Positions 9,158 through 18,134 of a stretch of DNA of 64,000 nucleotides are shown piece by piece. Both the position numbers and the translations under genes were made by a program. The stretch is from an uncultured Desulfobulbaceae bacterium (GTDB lineage Bacteria; Desulfobacterota; Dissulfuribacteria; Dissulfuribacterales; DYLC01). Position 1 is the first letter of the stretch. Every line of letters starts with the position of its first letter. The stretch spans positions 6,268-70,267 of the forward strand of contig CAYRSX010000023.1 of the NCBI GenBank assembly GCA_964427245.1, written 5' to 3'. Below the pieces are notes generated by a model. It was given only the letters and a program-made list of their open reading frames with translations. It was not told the DNA's origin and did no database searches.

Positions 9158-9645
9158 AAAGTGACCTCCTGATCATCAAATGACACCTGAACTCCGTCCT
9201 GCCCTACAACCATTCGAACATTACGTTTGCATTGACTACCCACATGCTCACCTTGGATTTTTATTTTGTTGACATCCAGTATCTTTTTGACGGCGGTATA
9301 GGTCTGTGCCCCCAAAGAGAGATCTGCAGGTTCTGAAAAAAAACGAGCCGCACCTGCAATCCAAACCTTCATGCGATCCCTGGCCAAACCCTCCTGAATC
9401 ATACGCTTGAAAAACAACGGCAGGCCGGACATGGCTGCCAGAGCAGGCAAGCGCTCCTGAACTTCATCAAAGGCGTTGGACATCTGAGGCATCTGGGGCA
9501 ATACAAATAAGGCAAGCCCTGCCACCGGTACCTCTGAATCAGCTATGCAAACCACCAGATTAGAACCCACAGAACAAGCCTCCAGTACCGCTCCAGGCTC
9601 TTTACTGACTATCATCTCTCCGTTTTTTATTGAAAAAGTCTGCAT
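9154..9645 (-). CDS. CheD-like protein, apparently lacking the catalytic Thr/Cys/His
   Basis: 163 aa. NGEMIVSKEPGAVLEACSVGSNLVVCIADSEVPVAGLALFVLP aligns by eye to the CheD core (..TLGLGSCVAV....AHVMLP), but the sequence has GSN where CheD has GSC and L where CheD has the His. Confidence 0.55.
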   Translation of the reverse strand: MQTFSIKNGEMIVSKEPGAVLEACSVGSNLVVCIADSEVPVAGLALFVLPQMPQMSNAFDEVQERLPALAAMSGLPLFFKRMIQEGLARDRMKVWIAGAARFFSEPADLSLGAQTYTAVKKILDVNKIKIQGEHVGSQCKRNVRMVVGQDGVQVSFDDQEVTL

Positions 9646-9894
9646 AAATACCTCTCTTGAGCAAAAAATAGGTCGACCTTACAAAAAAACAGCAGACAAA
9701 CATTTAAACAATAACCAATTCACACAAAAAATGAAAGTATATAAAAACCTCATTTTTAAATGGAGTGAACTTCCTTATATTTTTCAATTTTATGTCTCAT
9801 GGAGAACACCTCATGGCCCCATATTATAACCAGACAATTTATTCGCTACTACACAGGACAATCTAATAGCTCCTAACAGAACCACATAAAAATC

Positions 9895-9924
9895 TTGACA
9901 GTTAGCTCAAAATGTATATTTATA
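9895..9924 (+). promoter_or_regulatory. candidate sigma70-type promoter for the DUF3617-like gene
   Basis: Perfect TTGACA at 9895-9900 followed 16 nt later by TATTTA (AT-rich -10 region), about 50 nt upstream of ATG 9975. Confidence 0.3.
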
Positions 9925-9974
9925 CCTTTTATATCAACCATCCCACATGGCTTGCCCGCAAAAAGGAGACTTCT

Positions 9975-10490
9975 ATGCAGAAACAATCTACCATAAAAGT
10001 AATCAGCTCGTTCTTTTTTCTTGGAATTACCGGCATGTATCTCTTGGAAAATCCATCATATGCAGCGGACTCACAGTTCAAAGAAGGCATGTGGGAATTC
10101 AACATGAATATGCAGATGGAAGGCATGCCTAAGATGCCCGAATTGCCACCCGGCGTGAAACTACCGCCTGGAATGAGCATGTCCAGTCATGGCAACACCA
10201 TGCAGGTCACCTCTAAACAGTGCATCACTCAAGAAAATATGATTCCTAAAGATGAGAAGATGCACGACCACAATTGCAAGATTACTTCTCAAGAAAAAAG
10301 AGGAAATACAGTTAAATGGAGCATGGTCTGTGACGATGACGGCATGAAAATGAAAAGCGACGGCATCGCCACCTATACGGGCGATGTCATGGAAAGCAAG
10401 ACCACCGTCACCACTCAAATGGAAGGGGAACCGCCCATGAGACAAGTGATGACCGCAAAGGGCAGATATTTGGGGCCGTGCCAGAAATAA
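9975..10490 (+). CDS. DUF3617-like secreted protein or lipoprotein
   Basis: Start chosen at MQKQSTIKV, preceded by AAAAGGAG. It has a signal peptide, then the GMWEF motif and spaced Cys (QCITQE, HNCKIT, MVCDD) typical of DUF3617 as I recall it. Confidence 0.55.
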   Translation: MQKQSTIKVISSFFFLGITGMYLLENPSYAADSQFKEGMWEFNMNMQMEGMPKMPELPPGVKLPPGMSMSSHGNTMQVTSKQCITQENMIPKDEKMHDHNCKITSQEKRGNTVKWSMVCDDDGMKMKSDGIATYTGDVMESKTTVTTQMEGEPPMRQVMTAKGRYLGPCQK

Positions 10491-10523
10491 TCCATCAGAG
10501 ACCATCGAATTAAAAGGACGTTC

Positions 10524-11918
10524 ATGAAATACATCAGCACAAGAGGAGGCATAACTCCCATAAGTTTTGAGGATACCGTGATGATGGGCCTGGCCACGGA
10601 CGGCGGGCTGCTGCTGCCACAAACCATTCCAACCCTTTCTCCTGAAACATTGCAGGAATGGTCACGGCTCGGCTATTCAGACTTAGCATTTGAGGTAATC
10701 CGCCTCTTTACAACAGATATTCCTTCAGAAACCCTGCGAAAACTCATCGACACCTCGTATGCCTCCTTCGACACAGACGAGGTCACACCTCTGGTCAATT
10801 TTGACGGTCTGCACATTCTGGAGCTATTTCACGGCCCTACACTGGCATTCAAAGACATAGCCCTACAATTTCTGGGGAATCTCTTTGAATATATACTGAA
10901 AAAACGCGGAGGAAGATTGAATATATTGGGCGCCACATCAGGCGACACAGGAAGCGCAGCCATCTACGGTGTAAAGGGTAAAGAAAACATTCATATCTTC
11001 ATTCTGCATCCACACAAACGAGTGAGCCCCATACAGGCCATGCAGATGACCACGGTCCCAGACGCCAATGTCTTCAATATCGCTATTGAAGGCACCTTCG
11101 ACGACTGCCAGGCCATAGTCAAAACCATCTTCAACGACCTGGAGTTCAAAGAGAAATACCAGCTGGGAGCCGTAAACTCCATAAACTGGGCGCGCGTCAT
11201 GGCCCAAGTGGTCTATTACATATATGCCTGTCTGAAGCTGAATGGAACGACCTCAAGCCCAGTGCATTTTTCCGTACCAACCGGCAATTTCGGAGACATT
11301 TTCGCCGGTTATATAGCCAAAAGGATGCTGGCTGGCAACATCGGAAAACTTATTTTAGCCACCAATGAAAACGATATTCTCACCCGTTTTTTAACGAAAG
11401 GTCGTTACAAAAAGGCCACGCAGGTTATTCCCACCATCAGCCCATCTATGGATATACAGATAGCCAGCAATTTCGAACGATACATATATTACCTCCTGAA
11501 TGAGTCAGGTAAACGAGTCAAAGACGCCATGACCCTGTTCGAGCAACAAGGCGAGATTCAATTCAACGAGAAACAGATGGAGATGGCACGAGGGGATATG
11601 TCAGCCCTTGCAGTGCACCAGGAGCTCACCACTCAGACCATCGGAGATTTTTACCGCCGAACCGGTTATATCCTTGACCCGCATACCGCTGTGGGGGTAG
11701 CCGCCGCCATGGCACACAAAGAGACCCTTTCAGGCCCAATCGTATGTCTGGCCACTGCGCACCCAGCCAAATTTGCGAATGCGGTCAAAACGGCTACCGG
11801 AGTGGAACCACCCAAACCTGCGATCCTAAATGGCATTGAGCAGAAACCCCAGCGTATTACGGTAATGCCCTGCTCTCTTAAAGAGGTCAAGGCGTTTGTG
11901 GAGAAACACGCCTTATAA
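10524..11918 (+). CDS. thrC: threonine synthase
   Basis: 464 aa. MKYISTRGG N-terminus and the PLP-lysine context HGPTLAFKDIALQ. Confidence 0.9.
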   Translation: MKYISTRGGITPISFEDTVMMGLATDGGLLLPQTIPTLSPETLQEWSRLGYSDLAFEVIRLFTTDIPSETLRKLIDTSYASFDTDEVTPLVNFDGLHILELFHGPTLAFKDIALQFLGNLFEYILKKRGGRLNILGATSGDTGSAAIYGVKGKENIHIFILHPHKRVSPIQAMQMTTVPDANVFNIAIEGTFDDCQAIVKTIFNDLEFKEKYQLGAVNSINWARVMAQVVYYIYACLKLNGTTSSPVHFSVPTGNFGDIFAGYIAKRMLAGNIGKLILATNENDILTRFLTKGRYKKATQVIPTISPSMDIQIASNFERYIYYLLNESGKRVKDAMTLFEQQGEIQFNEKQMEMARGDMSALAVHQELTTQTIGDFYRRTGYILDPHTAVGVAAAMAHKETLSGPIVCLATAHPAKFANAVKTATGVEPPKPAILNGIEQKPQRITVMPCSLKEVKAFVEKHAL

Positions 11919-11919
11919 C

Positions 11920-12855
11920 CTACAGTCCAGCCTCTTTAAGCTGTTGAAGCAGCTCTTTTTGCCTTTGAGTCAGCCGTTTGGGCACATGAATAACAAACTG
12001 AATAAATTGATCGCCTCTTTTGCCAGTACCATCTGGCAAACCTTTTCCTTGTAATCTCAAACGCTTACCACTGCCAGCACTGCCAGATGGCACCTTTACA
12101 CGTACCTTACCACCTTCTATGGCAGGGACCTCTATTTCAGTCCCGAGGCATGCATCGGCAAATGAAATCTCCTGTTCCAGAATCACATCCACGTCTTGTA
12201 TTTTGAAACGGCCATCATCCAAAGACGTTACGAGCAGATACAGGTCCCCTCTGCCTCCAGGACCGTAATTTCCTTTACCTGCCAGCCGAATCTTTTTCCC
12301 AGGGCCTACACCAGCAGGAATCTTGACCGAAAGCCTTTCCTGTCTGCCATCGTCGCCCAGCATGATGAGCTTCTGACAGCCTTCCAGCATCTCTTTGGGT
12401 GTCAGGGCCATTTCCAACACCAGGTCCTGACCTTTGGGCGCGGCTTGTTGAAAGTGCTCTCCAAAATCAGGCCCTGCCCCTACATTGAAAATGCTCGAAA
12501 ATATGTCCTCGAAATTCATACCGCCACGGGTGCTACCATACTGTTGCTTGAAACGACCGCCCATACCTATATCCCTGAATACGTTGCCGAAATCGAAATT
12601 CTTGAAGATATCTTCCTGAGTGTAACGCTTATTGAAGTCCGAAGAACCAAATGTATCATACTGTCTGCGTTTTTCAGGGTCACTCAATACGGCATAGGCC
12701 TCATTTATCTCCTTAAAGCGCTCCTCAGCCTGTTTGTCGCCCTTATTTTTATCAGGATGATATTTCATAGCCTGTTTGCGAAAGGCCTTTTTTATTTCAT
12801 CGGCAGAGGCTGCACGGGAAACACCAAGTACTTTATAGTAATCCTTTTCAGGCAT
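11920..12855 (-). CDS. cbpA: DnaJ-class co-chaperone without zinc finger (CbpA-like)
   Basis: 311 aa. J domain with DYYKVLGV...KYHPDKN, a G/F-like region and C-terminal DnaJ_C repeats. No CxxCxGxG zinc-finger repeats. Confidence 0.8.
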   Translation of the reverse strand: MPEKDYYKVLGVSRAASADEIKKAFRKQAMKYHPDKNKGDKQAEERFKEINEAYAVLSDPEKRRQYDTFGSSDFNKRYTQEDIFKNFDFGNVFRDIGMGGRFKQQYGSTRGGMNFEDIFSSIFNVGAGPDFGEHFQQAAPKGQDLVLEMALTPKEMLEGCQKLIMLGDDGRQERLSVKIPAGVGPGKKIRLAGKGNYGPGGRGDLYLLVTSLDDGRFKIQDVDVILEQEISFADACLGTEIEVPAIEGGKVRVKVPSGSAGSGKRLRLQGKGLPDGTGKRGDQFIQFVIHVPKRLTQRQKELLQQLKEAGL

Positions 12856-13037
12856 ACGCCCCCCTTTTAGTGAATTTTAACAAAATTTAAGGATGTAAAG
12901 AGCAAAGTCAATAACAATCTGCAATACAAATGATTCTGAATTACGGAAAATGAGTTAGGGGACATAAGACCAGAAAAATACTCAAAAGCAGACCTGCGCC
13001 AGAGAAGAAGTGAAAACCAGGCGAGAAAAAAACAAAT

Positions 13038-13111
13038 TGGCTGGGGGACAGGGATTCGAACCCCGATAAGCAATTCCAGAGACTGCTGTCCTGCCGTTAG
13101 ACGATCCCCCA
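13038..13111 (-). tRNA. tRNA-Gln (anticodon CUG), CCA encoded
   Basis: Minus strand reads TGGGGGATCGTCTAACGGCAGGACAGCAGTCTCTGGAATTGCTTATCGGGGTTCGAATCCCTGTCCCCCAGCCA (74 nt). The 7 bp acceptor stem is TGGGGGA/TCCCCCA, the anticodon loop is CTCTGGA, and the T-loop is GGTTCGAATCC. The cloverleaf was folded by hand. Confidence 0.9.
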
Positions 13112-13193
13112 GCGGCACATGCCTTTTCGTTAAAGACTAAATATATTTTAACCGAAGAAACTCACGCCTGTCAAGAGAGCAACAAAATGAACA

Positions 13194-14201
13194 TCAGTAT
13201 GACTTTCTGGAGTCCATGTACAAGATAAGATCAAGCACTCGATTGGAATAACCCCATTCGTTGTCATACCAGACCATCACCTTTACCAGCCTGTCGCCCA
13301 TGACCTTTGTGCACAGTCCATCCACTATTGAAGAGTGCTGATCCCCGAGAAAATCCGTGGAAACCAGTGGTTCTTCTGTGTAGCCCAGAAAGCGGTTTGA
13401 GGCCGTCTTCAATGCTGTATTGACCTCGGGGACAGTGGTATCCCTCTCTACCTGGACCACCAGGTCCACCACAGACACATCCGGCGTAGGCACACGCACG
13501 GCAAGGCCGTCCAGCTTGCCTGTAAGCTCCGGAATGACCTTACTCACAGCCGATGCAGCGCCTGTCTTGGTTGGAATCATATTCACGGCAGCGGCCCGTG
13601 CCCTGCGCAGGTCCTTGTGAGAAAAATCCAGAATACGCTGATCGTTGGTATAGGCATGCACAGTGGTCATCAGGCCATGAACAATACCGAAATTCTCCAA
13701 AAGCACCTTGGCTACAGGCGCCAGACAATTGGTGGTGCAGGATGCATTGGACACTATGTGATGATGGACCGGGTCATAATCGTCTTCATTTACGCCCATG
13801 ACAATGGTCTTGTCCTCATTCTTTCCTGGGGCCGACAGCACTACCTTCTGTGCTCCAGCCTCCAGGTGCCCTCTGGCCAGGGTGGCATCCGTAAATCTGC
13901 CGGTGGCCTCTACAACATATTCAGCACCCACTTCGTCCCAGCGAAGTTCAGTAGGCTCTTTGGTGGCGGTAACGCGAATATCTTTGCCGTTTATCACCAA
14001 ATTGTTGCCCGAGGTTCGCACATCTGCGCTGAAACGGCCCATGACAGAGTCATATTTCAAAAGATGGGCCAGTGTCTCAGCATCAGTTAGGTCGTTTATG
14101 GCGACAATCTCCACATCGCTGAACTCCGAATACATAAAAGCTGCTCGAACAATGTTTCTGCCGATTCTTCCAAAACCATTGATCCCTACTTTAACGGCCA
14201 T
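13194..14201 (-). CDS. gap: glyceraldehyde-3-phosphate dehydrogenase, type I
   Basis: From the internal Met the sequence reads MAVKVGINGFGRIGR, with active site SNASCTTNCLAP. GGAGGTG lies upstream of ATG 14201. The track ORF extends to 14249. Confidence 0.9.
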   Translation of the reverse strand: MAVKVGINGFGRIGRNIVRAAFMYSEFSDVEIVAINDLTDAETLAHLLKYDSVMGRFSADVRTSGNNLVINGKDIRVTATKEPTELRWDEVGAEYVVEATGRFTDATLARGHLEAGAQKVVLSAPGKNEDKTIVMGVNEDDYDPVHHHIVSNASCTTNCLAPVAKVLLENFGIVHGLMTTVHAYTNDQRILDFSHKDLRRARAAAVNMIPTKTGAASAVSKVIPELTGKLDGLAVRVPTPDVSVVDLVVQVERDTTVPEVNTALKTASNRFLGYTEEPLVSTDFLGDQHSSIVDGLCTKVMGDRLVKVMVWYDNEWGYSNRVLDLILYMDSRKSY

Positions 14202-14215
14202 AGCAAACACCTCCA

Positions 14216-14635
14216 TCATATTTTTTTGGTCATCACACAACTCGCACAAGAACCAGGCTTGCCTGCCGGTTCAAACCCCCATTTCTCATAAAAGGCCAAA
14301 GCCACCGCATTATCCCTGCGCACATCCAGAACAATCCGGTCACAACCACAATCGCCTGCCCTGATTAGCATGTGCTGCATCAGAAGGCTGCCTATACCGC
14401 AGCGACGTCGGCCAGTTGCAACTGTTATATTGATCAGGTAGCATTCGTTGAAAATCAAACGAAATATAATATAACCCTGCACGCAATTATTTTCATCACA
14501 TATCAACCAGAACTCTGCGTTAGGCCGTTGCAGCTCGGACATAAAATCCCCGAAACTCCAGGGCATGACATGAGATACTGCTTCGATAGTGGAAATCTGC
14601 TGAAGATCGAACAGAGTGGCCTTTCTTAGTTGCAT
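14216..14635 (-). CDS. rimI: GNAT acetyltransferase, RimI-like
   Basis: 139 aa with acetyl-CoA binding motif RRRCGIGSLLM and typical RimI size. Confidence 0.7.
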   Translation of the reverse strand: MQLRKATLFDLQQISTIEAVSHVMPWSFGDFMSELQRPNAEFWLICDENNCVQGYIIFRLIFNECYLINITVATGRRRCGIGSLLMQHMLIRAGDCGCDRIVLDVRRDNAVALAFYEKWGFEPAGKPGSCASCVMTKKI

Positions 14636-14647
14636 GAACTACAGACA

Positions 14648-14673
14648 CAAAAAAAGCGGTCGTGAAAACCGCT
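14648..14673 (-). terminator. rho-independent terminator after rplU-rpmA
   Basis: Minus strand reads AGCGGT-TTTCACG-ACCGCT followed by TTTTTTTGTG, located 32 nt after the rpmA stop. Confidence 0.75.
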
Positions 14674-14704
14674 TGTTAAACCGAACAAATCGATTCAATC
14701 TTTT

Positions 14705-14974
14705 TTATTCAGCTGAGGAAGATGCTACAGGATAGACACTGACTCGCATTTTATTGCGCCACATCTCGAACTTCACTTGACCCTCAGCCTTGGCAAACAG
14801 TGTGTAATCCTTGCCCATTCCCACATTGATACCTGGATAGAATTTTGTGCCCACCTGTCTTACCAAGATATTACCGGGAATGACGTACTCCCCGCCGAAT
14901 TTCTTGACACCGCGGCGTTGACCTGCGCTGTCACGTCCGTTTCTCGAACTGCCTCCAGCTTTCTTATGCGCCAT
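14705..14974 (-). CDS. rpmA: 50S ribosomal protein L27
   Basis: 89 aa, [16 protein letters not shown]. Confidence 0.95.
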   Translation of the reverse strand: MAHKKAGGSSRNGRDSAGQRRGVKKFGGEYVIPGNILVRQVGTKFYPGINVGMGKDYTLFAKAEGQVKFEMWRNKMRVSVYPVASSSAE

Positions 14975-14983
14975 ACTCTCCTC

Positions 14984-15295
14984 CTATGCAGAAATCGCCT
15001 TGACCTCAAGGGCGGTATAAGGTTGTCTATGACCTTTCTTGACCTTGGAAGCCTTGCGTCTTCTCTTTTTCATCATGACCAGCTTATCGCCAAGTCCATG
15101 CTCCAAAACCTCGGCCTTTACAGAGGCATCGGCCACTACTGGTTTCCCGATTCTGACATCGCTGTCATTTACGACCATCAGGACATCTTTGATCTCTACG
15201 GTAGCACCCACTTCATAAGGCAGGCGTTCCACACGCAATACCTCGCCCTGAGAGACCTTATATTGCTTTCCGCCTGTTTTGATAACTGCGTACAT
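14984..15295 (-). CDS. rplU: 50S ribosomal protein L21
   Basis: 103 aa, MYAVIKTGGKQYKV. Confidence 0.95.
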   Translation of the reverse strand: MYAVIKTGGKQYKVSQGEVLRVERLPYEVGATVEIKDVLMVVNDSDVRIGKPVVADASVKAEVLEHGLGDKLVMMKKRRRKASKVKKGHRQPYTALEVKAISA

Positions 15296-15514
15296 ATTAA
15301 ACCTCCACTGTCACTCAAATGAGCTTTGAAAAATAATTGGAAAACAAAAGGATGTCAAGGGAAAATTACCAAAATCCACCATTCGAATAATGCAGTAGGG
15401 CAGACGTCTTGACTGTCATGCCTAATCATATTCAGGCATCATTATCTCGATTAACTCATCTTTTTTACACTTAATTTACCTTCTAAATGAGGCACAACAG
15501 TTTATCATTGCATT

Positions 15515-16279
15515 TTATTGTCCCTGAGTTGCCTGGACTGCTTCGCTTTGCTCAAAATGACCATTAAGGTTGCCTTCCTCCTGCAAAAAGATGGGCGGTT
15601 CCACCAAAAGCTCCTCGCCGCATGCCTTACACGTCTCTAAAAGCAAAAGCCGCGCAGGCCTATTACGACGCGAATGAATAAACCTGATGCGTTTAGGCTC
15701 CAGTCCATAGTCCTTACAGGTTGCTATGGCCTTTGCCGTCAATTCCGCTGAATAAATAAAGCAAAATCTACCGCCTGTACGCAAAACATAGGCAGCGGCT
15801 TGACAAAGCCCATTAAAATCCATCAAAATCTCATGTCTGGCCAAGGCATCGCAGGAATCCAGACAAATCCGGCCTATCTCAGGCCTTCTGTAGGGAGGAT
15901 TGGAGATGACATAGTCAACGGACTCGGCTGACACATAGTCTTTTATTTTGAGAAAATCAGCAAACAAAAGAGAAACGCGATTCTCTAATCCATTGATAGC
16001 TATGTTTTGTTCAGCGCAGCCATGAAGCAGCTCCTGAAGCTCTACGCACAGAACCGTGATCTCAAAATGCCTCTTTGCCAGAATTAGAGAGATGACTCCA
16101 CAGCCGGCTCCAAGCTCCAACAGACGGCCATTCTTCTTTCGTATCTGCATAAAATCCGCCAAAAGCAAGGCATCCACAGAAAAACGATAGCCCTTGACCG
16201 GCTGCCAGAGGCGAAGACCCTCAGATTTGAGCTCGGTAAGAGAGAGCTTGGCATTCCCAGATTTCATGTTATTCTCCAA
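15515..16279 (-). CDS. SAM-dependent N6-adenine methyltransferase, tRNA1(Val) m6A37 (YfiC/TrmN6)-like
   Basis: 254 aa with SAM motif LELGAGCG and catalytic NPPY (ISNPPYRR). Confidence 0.65.
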   Translation of the reverse strand: MENNMKSGNAKLSLTELKSEGLRLWQPVKGYRFSVDALLLADFMQIRKKNGRLLELGAGCGVISLILAKRHFEITVLCVELQELLHGCAEQNIAINGLENRVSLLFADFLKIKDYVSAESVDYVISNPPYRRPEIGRICLDSCDALARHEILMDFNGLCQAAAYVLRTGGRFCFIYSAELTAKAIATCKDYGLEPKRIRFIHSRRNRPARLLLLETCKACGEELLVEPPIFLQEEGNLNGHFEQSEAVQATQGQ

Positions 16280-16304
16280 AAAATTTCAAGCAGGAGTACA
16301 CAAC

Positions 16305-16754
16305 ATGCGGGCTGTCTTTCAGCGAGTCAAAGAAGCATGGGTGCGAGTCGATAGCGAAGAAATCGCTCGAATTGCATACGGCGCCCTGATATTGCTGGGT
16401 GTGGAACAAGGCGACACCGAGGCGGATGCCAGATTTCTGGCGGAAAAATGTGCTGGACTGAGAGTCTTTGACGACAGTCACGGCAAACTCAATCTCTCCA
16501 TTCAGGATATCAAAGGCAACTTCCTTGTAGTCTCGCAATTTACTCTGCTTGGAGACTGCAAAAAAGGCCGCAGACCATCTTACATTCAGGCCGCTCCTCC
16601 AAAAGAAGGGAAAAGGCTTTATGAACTCTTTTGCTCCCTACTGAAAGAAATGGGTTTCCAAGTGCAACAAGGTCGGTTTCAGGCTGAGATGGACGTAGGC
16701 ATCATAAACCACGGGCCTGTCACCCTGCTGCTGGACAGCAAAAAGACCTTTTAA
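16305..16754 (+). CDS. dtd: D-aminoacyl-tRNA deacylase
   Basis: From the internal Met the sequence reads MRAVFQRV, and it contains SQFTLLGD and GPVTLLLD. The track ORF (16194) carries a spurious 5' extension antisense to the neighbouring gene. Confidence 0.9.
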   Translation: MRAVFQRVKEAWVRVDSEEIARIAYGALILLGVEQGDTEADARFLAEKCAGLRVFDDSHGKLNLSIQDIKGNFLVVSQFTLLGDCKKGRRPSYIQAAPPKEGKRLYELFCSLLKEMGFQVQQGRFQAEMDVGIINHGPVTLLLDSKKTF

Positions 16755-16770
16755 TCCCACTATTTTTCTA

Positions 16771-16820
16771 ATTGACGCTTTACCTGTCATTCCGAGCGTA
16801 GCGAGGAATCTTAAAATTTT
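16771..16820. repeat. partial copy (left arm) of the dispersed GTCATTCCGAGCG repeat family
   Basis: ATTGACGCTTTACCTGTCATTCCGAGCGTAGCGAGGAATCTTAA is identical over 44 nt to 17950-17993. Confidence 0.9.
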
Positions 16821-16903
16821 GCGAAAGGCACAGCCTCAAAACAATCCAAAATAGAAAATCACTCCCTCAGGCTTCACTTAAATGAACAAAAAAGTACAGC
16901 ATG

Positions 16904-17845
16904 TTATTTCAACGATGGAATCGAGAGATAAAACAGCCGCTTGATCTCCTGCCTTCCTCGAGTGACCGTATTTAACACCAGACCACACACCAGGCTCAAA
17001 AAGGCTAATATCATAAGCCCCATGGACAGAAACGCCGTAGGAAAACGAGGCACAAGTCCTGTCTGTAGGTACGTATTTATAATTGGAATGGAAAGCCCCA
17101 CGGAGGCCAGGGCGAAAAACAACCCCAGCAGGCTGAAGAAAAACAGAGGTCTTTCCTGCTCCAAAAGCTTGATTATGGTGAGCAGAATGCGTATGCCATC
17201 CCTGTATGTATGCAGTTTACTTTGAGAACCGGGAGGTCTGGATCTGTATGGTGTCCTAAATTCTGCAGTGGGCATACGCAGCTGCAGGGCATGCACTGTG
17301 AGTTCTGTCTCTGTTTCAAAGCCGGTGGAAAGGGCGGGAAAGCTCTTGGCAAACCTACGCGAAAAGACTCTATAACCGGAGAGCATGTCTGTAAACGACC
17401 TTCCGAACAGCTCCGTGACACAACCTGTGAGCATGGCATTACCGAAACGATGGCCTAATCTGTAGGCCGCTTCTTCCTCCGTAACCCGCACACCTACAAC
17501 CATGTCGTATTTGCCTTCCACCAACAATTCTATCATTTTTGGCGCACTTTCGGCATCATAGGTGTCATCTCCATCCACCATCACATAGACATCCGCCTCC
17601 ACATCTGCAAACATACGACGCACCACATTACCCTTGCCCTGCTGCTTCACGCTATAGACACGCGCACCTGCTCGCCCTGCTTCTTCTCTTGTTTTGTCTT
17701 GAGAATTGTTGTCAAAGACATAAATCTCTGCAGAGGACAAGGTGCGCCTGAAATCAGAAACCACCTTGAATATGGCGGCCTCTTCATTATAACAGGGTAT
17801 AACCACTGCAATTCTTGGCTCATTATTACTTTTTTCTGTTTGCAT
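16904..17845 (-). CDS. GT2 polyprenyl-phosphate sugar synthase-like glycosyltransferase (GtrB/DPM1-like)
   Basis: 313 aa. Contains VVIPCYNEE, FDNNSQDKT and VDGDD, plus two C-terminal TM helices. Confidence 0.8.
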   Translation of the reverse strand: MQTEKSNNEPRIAVVIPCYNEEAAIFKVVSDFRRTLSSAEIYVFDNNSQDKTREEAGRAGARVYSVKQQGKGNVVRRMFADVEADVYVMVDGDDTYDAESAPKMIELLVEGKYDMVVGVRVTEEEAAYRLGHRFGNAMLTGCVTELFGRSFTDMLSGYRVFSRRFAKSFPALSTGFETETELTVHALQLRMPTAEFRTPYRSRPPGSQSKLHTYRDGIRILLTIIKLLEQERPLFFFSLLGLFFALASVGLSIPIINTYLQTGLVPRFPTAFLSMGLMILAFLSLVCGLVLNTVTRGRQEIKRLFYLSIPSLK

Positions 17846-17949
17846 TTTTCTATCTTCCTATTTTTTCTATAGGCCTATCCTTTTTAATTCCCCAATTGCC
17901 ACGGCCGCCTTCGGCATTCCAGCAATGACGTCACGCCTCACACGTCATT

Positions 17950-18050
17950 ATTGACGCTTTACCTGTCATTCCGAGCGTAGCGAGGAATCTTAAGATTTGT
18001 TGGGGCACGGCATGCCGTGCCCGTACCTGCGCTTCATTCGAAATGACAGG
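17950..18050. repeat. full copy of nested-palindrome repeat element
   Basis: Core is 17963-18049. The arm CTGTCATTCCGAGCGTAGCGAGG pairs with CCTGCGCTTCATTCGAAATGACAG. Internal palindromes are AATCTTAAGATT and GGGCACGGCATGCCGTGCCC (18003-18022). Confidence 0.9.
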
Positions 18051-18134
18051 CTCGGTGGAGTGAACAGGCGTCTCACCTGTCACACTCGCTCGAAAGCAAC
18101 TTCTATTGGTGTTTTAACCACAAGACATTTTTAG

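Noticed and set aside
12196-12870. 224 aa plus-strand ORF
   Set aside because: It is antisense to the J-domain protein (HPD motif on the minus strand). No motifs, no RBS.
12867-13118. 83 aa minus-strand ORF
   Set aside because: It overlaps tRNA-Gln on the same strand, so it is reading through a tRNA gene.
14202-14249. 16-codon N-terminal extension of gap (MCELCDDQKNMMEVFA)
   Set aside because: It overlaps the rimI stop. The canonical MAVKVGINGFGRIGR start has a GGAGGTG SD, so the extension is an ORF-finder artefact.
13617-14364. 157 aa and 188 aa plus-strand ORFs
   Set aside because: They are antisense to gap and rimI, both confidently identified on the minus strand.
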